A stretch of DNA of 32,000 nucleotides from Saccharolobus solfataricus (GCF_900079115.1 NZ_LT549890.1:60001-92000), one strand, 5' to 3'; numbered from the stretch's first letter, positions 9,878-18,900 are shown. Notes: generated from the sequence alone by a model not told the origin. Numbers and translations: made by a program.

Positions 9878-10403
9878 TTAACTCATCTATCTTTCTAATG
9901 ACATTCACGTTTTTAATTTCTTCTCTTATCGTCTCTAACTGCCTAATTCCCTCATCACTATTAATGGGCTTGTTTGCTTGTAACTTAGGAAAACCCTCGT
10001 TGCCACCCTCTGGAAAATACCAATCTTTAAACCAAGTGAAACCTGCTGATAACAGTGAAAAACCTAAAGGAGTCTCAACAGGATGTTTCCCTATATAAAG
10101 CCTTTCACGGGTTTCATTGTCCCTAATATAAGTTACAAATAGTTTGCCTCCTGGAGAAAGGAAGTTATATACGACTTTGAAAAAAATTACCTCCAGATTT
10201 TCATTTCTTAGAATAGGATAATAGTCTATCTCTAGCCAAGGAGTATAGTAATCCCTGCCTTTAAAGTAATTACATTTCCCTATTTGTCTACCGTTGCTTA
10301 ATAGAAGATCAAATGACACAAGTTCTTTTATATGAGTATTTTTCAAATTTCTTACTTCTAACTTATAGAATGCACTAAGATTTACTCCATTAAGTTCAGA
10401 CAT
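9825..10403 (-). CDS. conserved hypothetical protein, no motif recognised
   Basis: 192 aa with non-repetitive, globular-looking composition. It is overlapped at both ends by same-strand neighbours: 8 nt with the upstream nucleotidyltransferase and 53 nt with the downstream radical SAM gene. Confidence 0.6.
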   Translation of the reverse strand: MSELNGVNLSAFYKLEVRNLKNTHIKELVSFDLLLSNGRQIGKCNYFKGRDYYTPWLEIDYYPILRNENLEVIFFKVVYNFLSPGGKLFVTYIRDNETRERLYIGKHPVETPLGFSLLSAGFTWFKDWYFPEGGNEGFPKLQANKPINSDEGIRQLETIREEIKNVNVIRKIDELIDHYRKSRDRTVYWEIT

Positions 10404-11052
10404 CTACCATCCTCTTGAAAAATTTATTGGACTTGTACATCTTATTAAACGCATCATAAATACTTTCGTTGCCGCCCAAATCGTATCTCAAAAATACGCC
10501 AGTATGTCCTCGTTCCATCCTCCTCGCCAATAACCTTTTCCTTTCCATTATTGTCTCTAATGAAATCTTAAGAAGTTTTGAAGCATAATCCTCATTTCCT
10601 TCTAATGGAATCTCCATATGGCCATTTTCAGTAGGGATAATTAACATTAGTTTTTTGTTAACGCCAGGAACGCGTTCATTTTTTGAGAGACCTTTTAAAT
10701 CTACTAACCCACCAAATGAATAAAACTCAATCTCATTTCTCCTTAATCTGCCTAATGGAAATGATATAACTATAGTCTCTTCCTCATCTAACGATAGATA
10801 GGCCTTAGGTACGGAGTTAGGTGTAGCTTGAATAAGATACTTATGATTTACGTTTAGCGTATCCAATACGATTTGATTAGGATTAAATACTATGATATCT
10901 ACGTCACTTTTTTCATTCACATCCCCTCGAGCTACAGAGCCATAAACGTATCCTTCCATTCCGTATTGTTTTAAAAGTGAAAGGATTTCAATTGCTATCT
11001 TTCTCTTCTCATTTAAAACTTGCCAATGACGATCACTATACTCTATTTGCAC
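10396..11052 (-). CDS. Pol-beta superfamily nucleotidyltransferase with a C-terminal extension
   Basis: 218 aa. The motif GSVARGD(x5)DVD (G38-S39...D50-x-D52, about 10897-10941) is the minimal nucleotidyltransferase signature. The start is GTG at 11052. Confidence 0.75.
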   Translation of the reverse strand: MQIEYSDRHWQVLNEKRKIAIEILSLLKQYGMEGYVYGSVARGDVNEKSDVDIIVFNPNQIVLDTLNVNHKYLIQATPNSVPKAYLSLDEEETIVISFPLGRLRRNEIEFYSFGGLVDLKGLSKNERVPGVNKKLMLIIPTENGHMEIPLEGNEDYASKLLKISLETIMERKRLLARRMERGHTGVFLRYDLGGNESIYDAFNKMYKSNKFFKRMVDV

Positions 11053-11085
11053 ATCTTTTTAATTTCTAAATACATTATTAGATTT

Positions 11086-12180
11086 GTGGATCAAATATAC
11101 TTAGCTGTAGCGTTATTCCTATCTTTTTGGTTGATTATCTATGTTTTTAGAAGAAGACTAGAGAAATATAACCTAACAGTCTACCCATTTTTCATATTAT
11201 GGAGAAAAAAATCAAGGGAATATTGGTTTCCTAAGTTCTCCAGATCCAAAGGCTATAGAGCTTATGAAAAAATTGCTCTACCAATAGGTTTCTTACTTAT
11301 GATAGCAGGGATCGTTACAATATTATATATAATAATAGAAATGCTAACCATCAAACCAAATCAAACTCCTACAATAGCATTAAAACCAATAATTCCAGGG
11401 GTGACGATAAGCATCTCTCAGTTACCCTACATATTACTAGCTATTGGAGTTTCAGTAGCGATACATGAAATTTTCCACGCATTGTCCGCCACATCAAATA
11501 ATGTAAAAGTTAAAAATGGAGGAGTTCTATTACTTGGAATATTCCCTGGAGCATTCGTAGAACCAGATGAAGATGATTTTAATAAATCTACAAGTAATGC
11601 AAAACTTAAAATAATCGCTGCAGGAATAGTAATTAACCTAGTCTTAGCACTAATTGCACTTCCATTATCCTTTGAACTTCCATATTTACCTTCAGCACTC
11701 TCGCAAGGGATAATAATAGAAGGTGTGCTTAATAATACACCAGCAGCCAACGCATCACTTCATACCGGAGATATAATATATTCCATAAATGGTTATCGTT
11801 TAACGACATTATCTCAGCTTCATGAACTTCTTTACAACTACAGCACTATCACTATAACTCTGAAACATCCTAATGGGAGTTTAAGTAATGTAAGTGTTAA
11901 CATTCCTAATCATTTCTTAGGAGTTTATGTCACATACTATATTCCAGATTATATAGCTGCAATTTTAATGTTCTTCACATGGTTATTTATAGTGAATTTT
12001 AGCTTAGCTGTATTCAATGCCGCTCCACTAATAATAACTGATGGTGGAAAACTCCTAACTGAATTATTAAAGAGAATGCTAGGCGAGAGCAACGGCGAAA
12101 AAATTTCATATTACTTGCAGTCACTATTCCTTTTGATCTTTATATTCGCAATATTTCTATCTAATCGTCCTCTAGGATAA
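11086..12180 (+). CDS. site-2 protease (M50 family) intramembrane metalloprotease with PDZ domain
   Basis: HEIFHAL (HExxH) sits in a hydrophobic segment, and the second motif is [12 protein letters not shown] (NxxPxxxxDG). A PDZ-like insert, [25 protein letters not shown], is present. The ORF-track frame opens at 11020, which would overlap the divergent gene by 33 nt. I prefer GTG 11086, about 25 nt downstream of TTTTTAATTT, consistent with a leaderless start. Confidence 0.8.
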   Translation: MDQIYLAVALFLSFWLIIYVFRRRLEKYNLTVYPFFILWRKKSREYWFPKFSRSKGYRAYEKIALPIGFLLMIAGIVTILYIIIEMLTIKPNQTPTIALKPIIPGVTISISQLPYILLAIGVSVAIHEIFHALSATSNNVKVKNGGVLLLGIFPGAFVEPDEDDFNKSTSNAKLKIIAAGIVINLVLALIALPLSFELPYLPSALSQGIIIEGVLNNTPAANASLHTGDIIYSINGYRLTTLSQLHELLYNYSTITITLKHPNGSLSNVSVNIPNHFLGVYVTYYIPDYIAAILMFFTWLFIVNFSLAVFNAAPLIITDGGKLLTELLKRMLGESNGEKISYYLQSLFLLIFIFAIFLSNRPLG

Positions 12181-13639
12181 CCTTACTACTTATCATGGGG
12201 AAAGGAATAACTTCTTTGATACTGTAATTATTTGTTACTAACATAACTATTCTGTCTATACCAATACCTAAACCTCCAGTGGGTGGCATTCCATAACTTA
12301 AGGCTCTTACAAAATCCTTATCGTAAGGATGAGCCTCCTCGTCTCCTCTTCTGAACATCTCTTGTTCTTCTCTAAATAATTTATCTTGCAATATAGGGTC
12401 GTTCAACTCCGTGTATGCGTTTGCAACCTCCATACCAGCTATGAACATCTCAAATCTTTCGACTAGTCCCGGTTTATTCCTATGTGGTTTACAAAGTGGT
12501 GTAGTCTCTATTGGGTAATCAGTAATGAAGGTTGGGTTAGTTAAGGTGGGTGTGACTAGTTTATCGAACAATTTCTCTATCATCAACCCTCTAACATACT
12601 GGTTTCCTCTTGGAGTTAGATTGTATTTTTTCATTAACTCCTTAAGCTCATTGTCACTCATACTTTCAACATCCTTACCTAAAATTTCAGATAAAGAATC
12701 ATACATACTAATTCTCTTGAACGGACCTTCAAAGTCTATTTCGTACTTTCCATATACTATTTTTGTACTATTTGTAACCTTCTTGACTACACTCTTAAGT
12801 AGATCTTCAGTTAAATTCATTATATCGTTGTAATCGGCGTATGCCCAATAGAGCTCTAAGAGAGTAAACTCAGGATTATGAGTTACATCGATATCTTCAT
12901 TTCTAAATACCTTACCTATCTCGAAAACTTTGTTAAATCCACCTATTATATACCTTTTTAGGTATAATTCTAATGCTATTCTTAAGTACCAATCTTCATT
13001 TAAGTAATTTACATGTGTTTTAAAAGGTTTCGCTAATGCCCCACCATATACTGGTTGAACTATTGGCGTTTCAACTTCAATAAAGCCTTTGGAATAAAGA
13101 AACTCCCTAATTTCTCTTATAATTGTATACCTTATTTCCATAGCCTTCCTCGCATTATCGTTATAGAGGAAATCCACATATCTATGCGCATATCTAAATT
13201 CTGGGGAAAGCTTTGACCAATCTGGAGGTTCTATAAGGGCTTTCGATAGTAGTTGGTAATCCTTTACAAGGAGGCTTAACTCACCTTTCATCGTATAAAA
13301 CAAATCACCTTTTACACCTATTATATCCCCTCTTCCAACATATATAAAGAATTTATCATATTTTTCTTTAAGTTCGTCAACTCTCATATATAATTGCAAT
13401 TTCTCACCTTCATCAAATATATCTACAAAGGATGCCTTTCCATGCCTTCTTATATTAGCGACGCGTCCTGCTGTAGATATGTTAAACATGAACGGCTCAT
13501 GGGATTTATTACCTTGTGATTTGGCAATTAGCTTAATATCTTTAATCAGATGAGTTACTTCGTATTTATGAGGATATGGCTCAATGCCATTTTTTCTTAA
13601 TTCTTCAACGATTTTTACTCTTCTTTCGTCCCAATTCAT
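12161..13639 (-). CDS. lysS: lysyl-tRNA synthetase, class II
   Basis: It has an N-terminal OB anticodon-binding region and class II motifs ([30 protein letters not shown]). I prefer the ATG at 13639; the ORF-track frame opens at TTG 13645. Confidence 0.92.
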   Translation of the reverse strand: MNWDERRVKIVEELRKNGIEPYPHKYEVTHLIKDIKLIAKSQGNKSHEPFMFNISTAGRVANIRRHGKASFVDIFDEGEKLQLYMRVDELKEKYDKFFIYVGRGDIIGVKGDLFYTMKGELSLLVKDYQLLSKALIEPPDWSKLSPEFRYAHRYVDFLYNDNARKAMEIRYTIIREIREFLYSKGFIEVETPIVQPVYGGALAKPFKTHVNYLNEDWYLRIALELYLKRYIIGGFNKVFEIGKVFRNEDIDVTHNPEFTLLELYWAYADYNDIMNLTEDLLKSVVKKVTNSTKIVYGKYEIDFEGPFKRISMYDSLSEILGKDVESMSDNELKELMKKYNLTPRGNQYVRGLMIEKLFDKLVTPTLTNPTFITDYPIETTPLCKPHRNKPGLVERFEMFIAGMEVANAYTELNDPILQDKLFREEQEMFRRGDEEAHPYDKDFVRALSYGMPPTGGLGIGIDRIVMLVTNNYSIKEVIPFPMISSKVILEDD

Positions 13640-13696
13640 CAACAATTAGATAGGTCGGCAGAAATTAAAGCCTATCTTCTCTCTCGTTTAGATGTA

Positions 13697-13835
13697 TGGG
13701 CCCGGCGGGACTCGAACCCGCGACCACTGGGTCTCTCCTCTCCAGATACACTTCATCCCCATAAAGGGTCTTAAGACCCAATGTCTAGCATTAATATCTG
13801 GAGCCCAGTACTCTACCTGGCTAAGCTACGGGCCC
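13697..13835 (-). tRNA. tRNA-Trp (anticodon CCA) with a 65-nt intron at the canonical 37/38 position (intron 13733..13797); CCA is not encoded
   Basis: I hand-folded the cloverleaf. The acceptor stem is GGGCCCG/CGGGCCC and the D stem is GCTT/GAGT. The anticodon stem is CTGGG/CCCAG with loop CTCCAG|A. The T arm is GCGGG-TTCGAGT-CCCGC and the discriminator is A. It is a GC-rich island in AT-rich DNA. Confidence 0.88.
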
Positions 13836-14673
13836 ATTACTTAATATTAAGTATAACCAAAACAAAATAAGTTTAGTGCTACCTCTTCCTCGCCTTAAAA
13901 ACTGAAAATCCACGCTACCAAATCCTAAATTTAGGAGAAAAGATTGGAAAGTCATACAATTACACCATAATTGAGGTTTACTCTTAAGATACTTTACACA
14001 TCTAAGTTGATATTTGTCTTGATTCGATCCAGTACTCTGAATCAAAGTAGGCTATCCACAAATAGAGAGAATTAGCAAAAAGCCGTTCCCTTGCAAAACT
14101 CTCTTAAATTTATATTTAGTTTATTTTTCCATTGTTTAACTTCTTCAAAAATTATATTAAAATTATATAAGATCTGGATCTAGACATTTACGTAATGTCC
14201 TTTGAGGAGAATTTACCTTAACATTTACGATGTAAATAAATAAAAGAATTTTTCATAAATTATTATTTTTTATGTATAATACTTCAACCTTTATGATCAA
14301 TACTAAACTCTTAGGCTGAAATTTTCCTTGTGCTCTCCATTATAGCTAGAAGATATTTTCACTTTTTAATCAAACCAAAGCTTTTACCTTTGATCACTTT
14401 TTATAATATATCATAAACCTTCTTAATCATCTTGTACTTGCATAAAAAGATAAAACAAATCTCTTTTTGAAGTATATATTTTTCCAAATAGTACGAAATC
14501 TAAGATCTAATACCCATTTTAATAGTAATAATTGCTTTACCAAGATAATTTACCTAAGGTTAAGCTCAGTAATAAGACTTATATGAAAAATTATGAAAAA
14601 TAGAACTTTAAAAAACTTGACCTTCGCCTTAAGACTTCTACCTTTATCTCTATGGCGTTAAATTATGTTTAAA
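13836..14673. other. ORF-free, very AT-rich spacer between the tRNA-Trp 5' end and the rpl7ae 3' end; it must contain the tRNA promoter near its left edge
   Basis: From 14046 to 14673 there is no ORF of 60 aa or more in any frame. My manual scan found only ATG-initiated ORFs of 15 codons or fewer. There is no GC-rich island that would suggest a stable structured RNA. Confidence 0.6.
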
Positions 14674-15066
14674 TTAACTTGAAGTTTTACCTTTAATCTC
14701 GTTTACTCTCTTAATTATTTCATCAACTAGATCCTTAGCTTCGCCAGGCTCTAAGATAGCTGCAGATGCTGTGGCTACTTGTAAACCACAAGCTTCTCCT
14801 AAGGCTTTTTTAGAGGAAACATAAACATATGGTATTTTTTTCTCATCGCATAACAGTGGTAGGTGTGCAACTATTTCCTCTGGTTGTACATCTTCAGCAA
14901 TAATTACTAATTTAGCTTGACCCCTTTCTACAGCCTTTGTTGTCTCATTGGTACCCTTCTTTATCTTTCCGCTTTCCTTAGCTTTTCTTACTGCTTCTAA
15001 TACTTTATCTGCTAGGTCTTGTGGTACTTCAAACTTAACATAACTAGCTTTTGACATCGCGTTCAT
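14674..15066 (-). CDS. rpl7ae: 50S ribosomal protein L7Ae (K-turn binding protein)
   Basis: 130 aa. [48 protein letters not shown] is the L7Ae/L30e signature. An alternative ATG lies at 15057. Confidence 0.95.
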   Translation of the reverse strand: MNAMSKASYVKFEVPQDLADKVLEAVRKAKESGKIKKGTNETTKAVERGQAKLVIIAEDVQPEEIVAHLPLLCDEKKIPYVYVSSKKALGEACGLQVATASAAILEPGEAKDLVDEIIKRVNEIKGKTSS

Positions 15067-15087
15067 CCTCCTCTAGTTTCGTCACGC
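15059..15087 (-). promoter_or_regulatory. putative K-turn RNA motif spanning the rpl7ae Shine-Dalgarno-like GGAGG and first AUG; candidate L7Ae autoregulatory site
   Basis: The RNA sense strand is GCGU-GAC-GA-AACUAGAGGAGGAU-GA-ACGC. The C stem is GCGU/ACGC and the bulge is the 3-nt GAC. The tandem sheared G.A/A.G pairs are in the consensus positions, followed by an A-U pair at 3b.3n. Confidence 0.55.
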
Positions 15088-15263
15088 AAGTCTTTAGAAG
15101 TATTAGCAAAAAATAAAGTTTACTATAGGATAAGACAGAAAGCTTAGCACCTTAAGGTGAAGATAAGTATCTTTAAGACCTTTATTTTTATATGTGAGAA
15201 TTTCCCACCTTTTGGTTTTTCTACGAGAGATATAATATCGAATCATTGGTAGGGATTCATTAA

Positions 15264-15279
15264 CGAAATAAAGAAGAAA
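15264..15279 (-). terminator. T-rich tract directly after the gltX stop codon
   Basis: The minus-sense sequence is TTTCTTCTTTATTTCG immediately downstream of TGA (15280-15282). Archaeal termination typically uses oligo-T tracts. Confidence 0.3.
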
Positions 15280-17007
15280 TCAGTCGTGTGAGAATACAAC
15301 ACGTAGCATATTCTCATCTTTCCTATCTACTCTTACAAATCCAAATCGGTAAAATTGTACAATTTCGTCTATCTCCAAATCTGCTGCTATTTTTTCAGCA
15401 TAACCATTTATCATTTTTATCTCATCTCTTTCCGCTTTCTCTACCATTACTGGTACTTTTTCATTTGATTTTACCCATTGAACTATCTTTGCATTGACTT
15501 TCTTAGCCTCGTCTAACGTTTTGCTGTGAAATATGAGCTTACGATTATGCTTATCAACTTTAACATTGCATAATTCCATTAACCTTAGTATACTATTATC
15601 TTCTGCATCGTTAGATTCTATCAAAATTTTATCTCCTGGATTGACAATAATAGTTCTATTCATTTCTTGTTTAGAGGGAATTAAAGGTATTTTAGCATTT
15701 AGTGATTCAGGTAGCTCGACGCTAAATTCTTCTGCATCTTTTACAAACATTATTCTTTTAGCTACCGGATCTAGTTTTTTCCTATTAATTGCGGCAATGT
15801 TCTCAAAACTTATAGTAGCATCAGTTACCTTTACTCCGACATCAATTATTACGTCTTTAATTGTATCTGGTAAGATTCCTCTTCTTCTGAGTCCAGCTAA
15901 AGTTGGCAATCTAGGATCATCCCTATTGGTACCCTTCTCTAACATTCCTCTTATTTTCGACTTACTCATCATAAAACCTTCAAGTCTTAGTCTTCCAAAC
16001 TGTAAGACCTCTGGAAATTCCCATCCCATGTACTCAGAAATGTATCTCTGCTTTTCTGTATTTGACATATGCTCCTTAGCTCTCAGTACATGAGTAATTC
16101 CAAGTTCATGATCATCTATTATAGAAGCAAAGTTATAGGTAGGCCATACCCAATACTTGCTCCCTACTCGTGGATGAGGATTTTTAGCAGTATCAATTAT
16201 TCTAAGCATTACCCAATCTATTTGAGATGGATCTGGATCCGATAGATCGGTCTTTAACCTAACCACAGCTTCTCCTTCTTTAAACTTTCCTCCTAGCATT
16301 TTTTCAAACAGCTCCAGATTACTCTCTGGTGAAGAGCTCCTATGTAAACATTCTGGCTCTTTCATTTTACCTCTACTATCCCTAAACTTCCTGAAAATAC
16401 TACTATCACATGTATCAACATACGCATATCCTTTTTCTATCAAATACCGAGCGTACTTATAGTATAACTCGAGCCTTTCCGAAGCGTAAAGTTCTTGTTC
16501 CCATTTAATTCCCAGCCATTTTAGATCCTCCTTAATCCAATCATATGCATCTAGAATTGGCCTTTTAACCTTAGGATCTGTATCATCAAACCTCAGTATG
16601 AACTTACCGTTATACATTTTAGCGTATTCGTAAGATAGAATCGCAGACCTTGCGTTACCTAAATGAAGAGGACCATCCGGATTAGGGGCAAATCTAGTTA
16701 CTACTTGTCCTTTAACATTAGGAAGAGGTGGCAACACTTTTCTTTTTTCTTCATGCTTCTTCTCTTCTAATAACTCTGGATACTTTGCTTTAATTTCAGT
16801 TAACTGCTGCTCTAAAGTTAATGAGTTAACTTGTTCTATGATCTCCTTGATAATCTTTACAATTTCTCTAGCATTTGATCTTAATTCCGGCCTCTCCGCT
16901 ATAATCTTACTCATCACTGGACCCGTTTCGGCTTTCCCATTATGCTTTACCGCATTTTGAAGAGCATATTTATAAATAGTTTCTCGTAATTCATTTAATT
17001 CCATCAA
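15280..17007 (-). CDS. gltX: glutamyl-tRNA synthetase (archaeal type)
   Basis: 575 aa. It has a HIGH motif ([10 protein letters not shown]) and a KMSKS motif (MMSKSKIRG), with archaeal/eukaryotic GluRS domain order. Confidence 0.92.
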
Positions 17008-17677
17008 ACTCCCCTTTTAGTAATTTATCCACAAATTCCCTTACACCTTTTCCACTTTTATTACTTGTTATATAATCGGCTATATCTTTCAGTTCATCAT
17101 CAGCATTTCCTACCGCAACCTTAAATCCAACTTGTTGAAATAGTTCTATGTCAGTTGATGAATCGCCAATAGCCGCTACGTCTTCTTTCTTTAGACCAAG
17201 TAATTGAAGCAACTTCTCTACTCCTATTCTTTTCCCCGCTGGATTATATGCAATATGAACCGCATATCCACTACTTTTAATGTAAAGATTCCTTTCTTTA
17301 GCCCAATTTATCATCTCATCAGTTATTTTTGCAGGAACAAAACCGAAATCACATTCCCTATATTCATTTTGCCATGTATCCCTTAACTTGAATAAAGATT
17401 TGAATTCATCTACTAGGCTCTGCTCCATTTGCCTACACATTCTATACTTTTCTTTGTAAAATACTATACATCCGTTTTCTGCAACAAAACCACCGTCTAA
17501 ATAAAGATATGTGTAAAGTCCTCTTAGAATTGGATAGGAATTTCCGCTAACTAAACTTACTTTGATCCCGCTTTTTTGTAAGAGCCTTATTGCGTAAATG
17601 GCATCTAAGTCTATTCGAGTAGATTCCCTATCTTCAGTCAGCGTTCCATCTAAATCCACTAAAACTAATTTTATCAT
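16991..17677 (-). CDS. HAD-superfamily phosphatase (archaeal phosphoglycolate phosphatase-like, subfamily IIB)
   Basis: 228 aa. It has motif [12 protein letters not shown], and motif [15 protein letters not shown]. It overlaps the gltX start by 17 nt and the HD gene stop by 4 nt. Confidence 0.8.
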
Positions 17678-18873
17678 GGAACTACATCTCTAGCTTTTTT
17701 AGCGTATTCATGATCTACATAAATTCTTCTTATAGTTAAAGTCTCTGGTATATGGTTAATTAAAGTGGACTTATACCGGATTATATTCATCTCATTATTC
17801 TTTGAAATTATATTTATTTTATCCTTATTCAGTATTTTTATTTTTTCCTCAATGGGATATATTGAACTCCTCGGAATCTGATTTCTCTCTAAACGATCTA
17901 CTATCTCCTTAATTTTAATATCTCCTCCTTTCATCTCGTTATCGTAGGAAATCTCTTCATAAACCACTTTAGGACCTCTTCTATCCAAGAAATTTCTTAT
18001 TTTCTGCTTTAAATAAAGGGGAGAGTTAGAGGAATAGAGATATGTGTAAAGAATCATGAAAACCCATTCATCATCCCAATAGGATATTGAGGAATCATAG
18101 ACAAGACCTCTTATATTTTCTACGCTTAAGATTGACGAATCACAGCAATCGTAAATAGTTCTGAAAATTTCTCTCAGCATCAGTTCATAACCTATTATGG
18201 TCTTATGATAATATACAGCTTGATACATGTGAAGCCTGGATATGAAAAAGTTCTCTAAACTATATATACCTTTATCTTGAACAACAATTTCGTTATTATT
18301 TCCATAGAAGATGGTATCCAATAATCTATATAAATCAATATTGCCTAGTTGCACTCCAGTATGTCTAGAGTCCCTTACCAGATAGTCCATCCTATCAACA
18401 TCTACGTCACTATTTACTATAGATGACATCATTGAGTTTCCGTTCAAAATTTCTATAATCTTACTATAGTCAATTGATTCATTATCAAAAAATTCCCTAA
18501 AATTAGGCGATTTGGAAATTATCATATACCTTAAATCCTTATTTGATAATCCCTTTTCTAAATATAAAGGCTCTAGGCTATGACTAAAAGGAAATTGACC
18601 TATATCATGGAGCAGTGCAGATAATTTTAGGTAAGTTGACTCTTCGTCAGTTATTATTCCTAGCTGTCTAAATTTCTCACCTAAAATTGTAGTAAGATAA
18701 AATGTCCCTAAAGAGTGACTGAACCTGGTATGAGTAGCCCCAGGGTATACCAGATATGCTAAACTTGTTTGTTTTATTCTTCGTAGGCGCTGAAATTCTG
18801 GCATATCAATTATCTTGGCCTCTCTATCGTCAAGTTCAATATACGCATGGATCTCATCATAAACTTTCTTCAT
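17674..18873 (-). CDS. HD-domain phosphohydrolase, SAMHD1/dGTPase-like
   Basis: 399 aa. It has HTRFSHSLG, LLHDIGQFPFSH and DVDRMDYLVRD, the H...HD...D metal-binding pattern of dNTP triphosphohydrolase-like HD proteins. Confidence 0.8.
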   Translation of the reverse strand: MKKVYDEIHAYIELDDREAKIIDMPEFQRLRRIKQTSLAYLVYPGATHTRFSHSLGTFYLTTILGEKFRQLGIITDEESTYLKLSALLHDIGQFPFSHSLEPLYLEKGLSNKDLRYMIISKSPNFREFFDNESIDYSKIIEILNGNSMMSSIVNSDVDVDRMDYLVRDSRHTGVQLGNIDLYRLLDTIFYGNNNEIVVQDKGIYSLENFFISRLHMYQAVYYHKTIIGYELMLREIFRTIYDCCDSSILSVENIRGLVYDSSISYWDDEWVFMILYTYLYSSNSPLYLKQKIRNFLDRRGPKVVYEEISYDNEMKGGDIKIKEIVDRLERNQIPRSSIYPIEEKIKILNKDKINIISKNNEMNIIRYKSTLINHIPETLTIRRIYVDHEYAKKARDVVP

Positions 18874-18900
18874 TTAAACCAGATTAATTTAAAACTAGGG

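Noticed and set aside
10396-10560. RMERGH (Rx4H) in the C-terminal part of the nucleotidyltransferase, considered as a fused HEPN domain (an MNT-HEPN toxin-antitoxin-like arrangement)
   Set aside because: A single short motif in a basic helix is expected by chance. No other HEPN features are visible by eye, and the gene context (an operon with radical SAM) does not look like a toxin-antitoxin pair. It would need a profile search.
13821-14045. 74-aa ORF on the minus strand at the left edge of the long spacer
   Set aside because: It overlaps the 5' end of the tRNA-Trp gene and its promoter region. Its composition is odd, and no plausible promoter or SD is present. It is most likely a chance open frame.
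14021-14045. TCCAGT-containing hairpin considered as an origin recognition box (ORB) or replication origin element, given the long AT-rich spacer
   Set aside because: Only 6 nt resemble the ORB core. There are no repeated ORB or mini-ORB copies, and no cdc6/orc1 or whiP gene is adjacent. The known Sulfolobus origins are linked to those genes.
14290-14320. Possible box C/D sRNA (AUGAUCA ... 16 nt ... CUGA) in the spacer, plus a TTGATGAG element at about 2132-2139 on the minus strand
   Set aside because: The C box is imperfect. There are no C' and D' boxes and no terminal stem, and the spacing does not fit a 12-nt guide. The 2132-2139 element has no downstream CUGA within range and overlaps the promoter and start of the PurM-like gene.
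14582-14601. Tandem repeat TATGAAAAAT x2
   Set aside because: Two copies of an A-rich decamer in very AT-rich DNA is trivial. I kept it only as a descriptive note in the spacer finding.
13890-14631. Direct 9-mer repeat tcgccttaa (13890-13898 and 14623-14631) bracketing most of the spacer, considered as possible target-site or att duplication
   Set aside because: By my rough estimate, a 9-mer repeat within about 840 bp is expected roughly once by chance. The flanks align only if a 5-nt indel is allowed. It is not sufficient evidence for an insertion boundary.
17674-18873. The HD (SAMHD1/dGTPase-like) protein considered as an antiviral dNTP-depletion defence gene
   Set aside because: It is translationally coupled to a HAD phosphatase and GluRS in a housekeeping neighbourhood, with no other defence-island hallmarks. 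I kept it only as a low-interest operon note.
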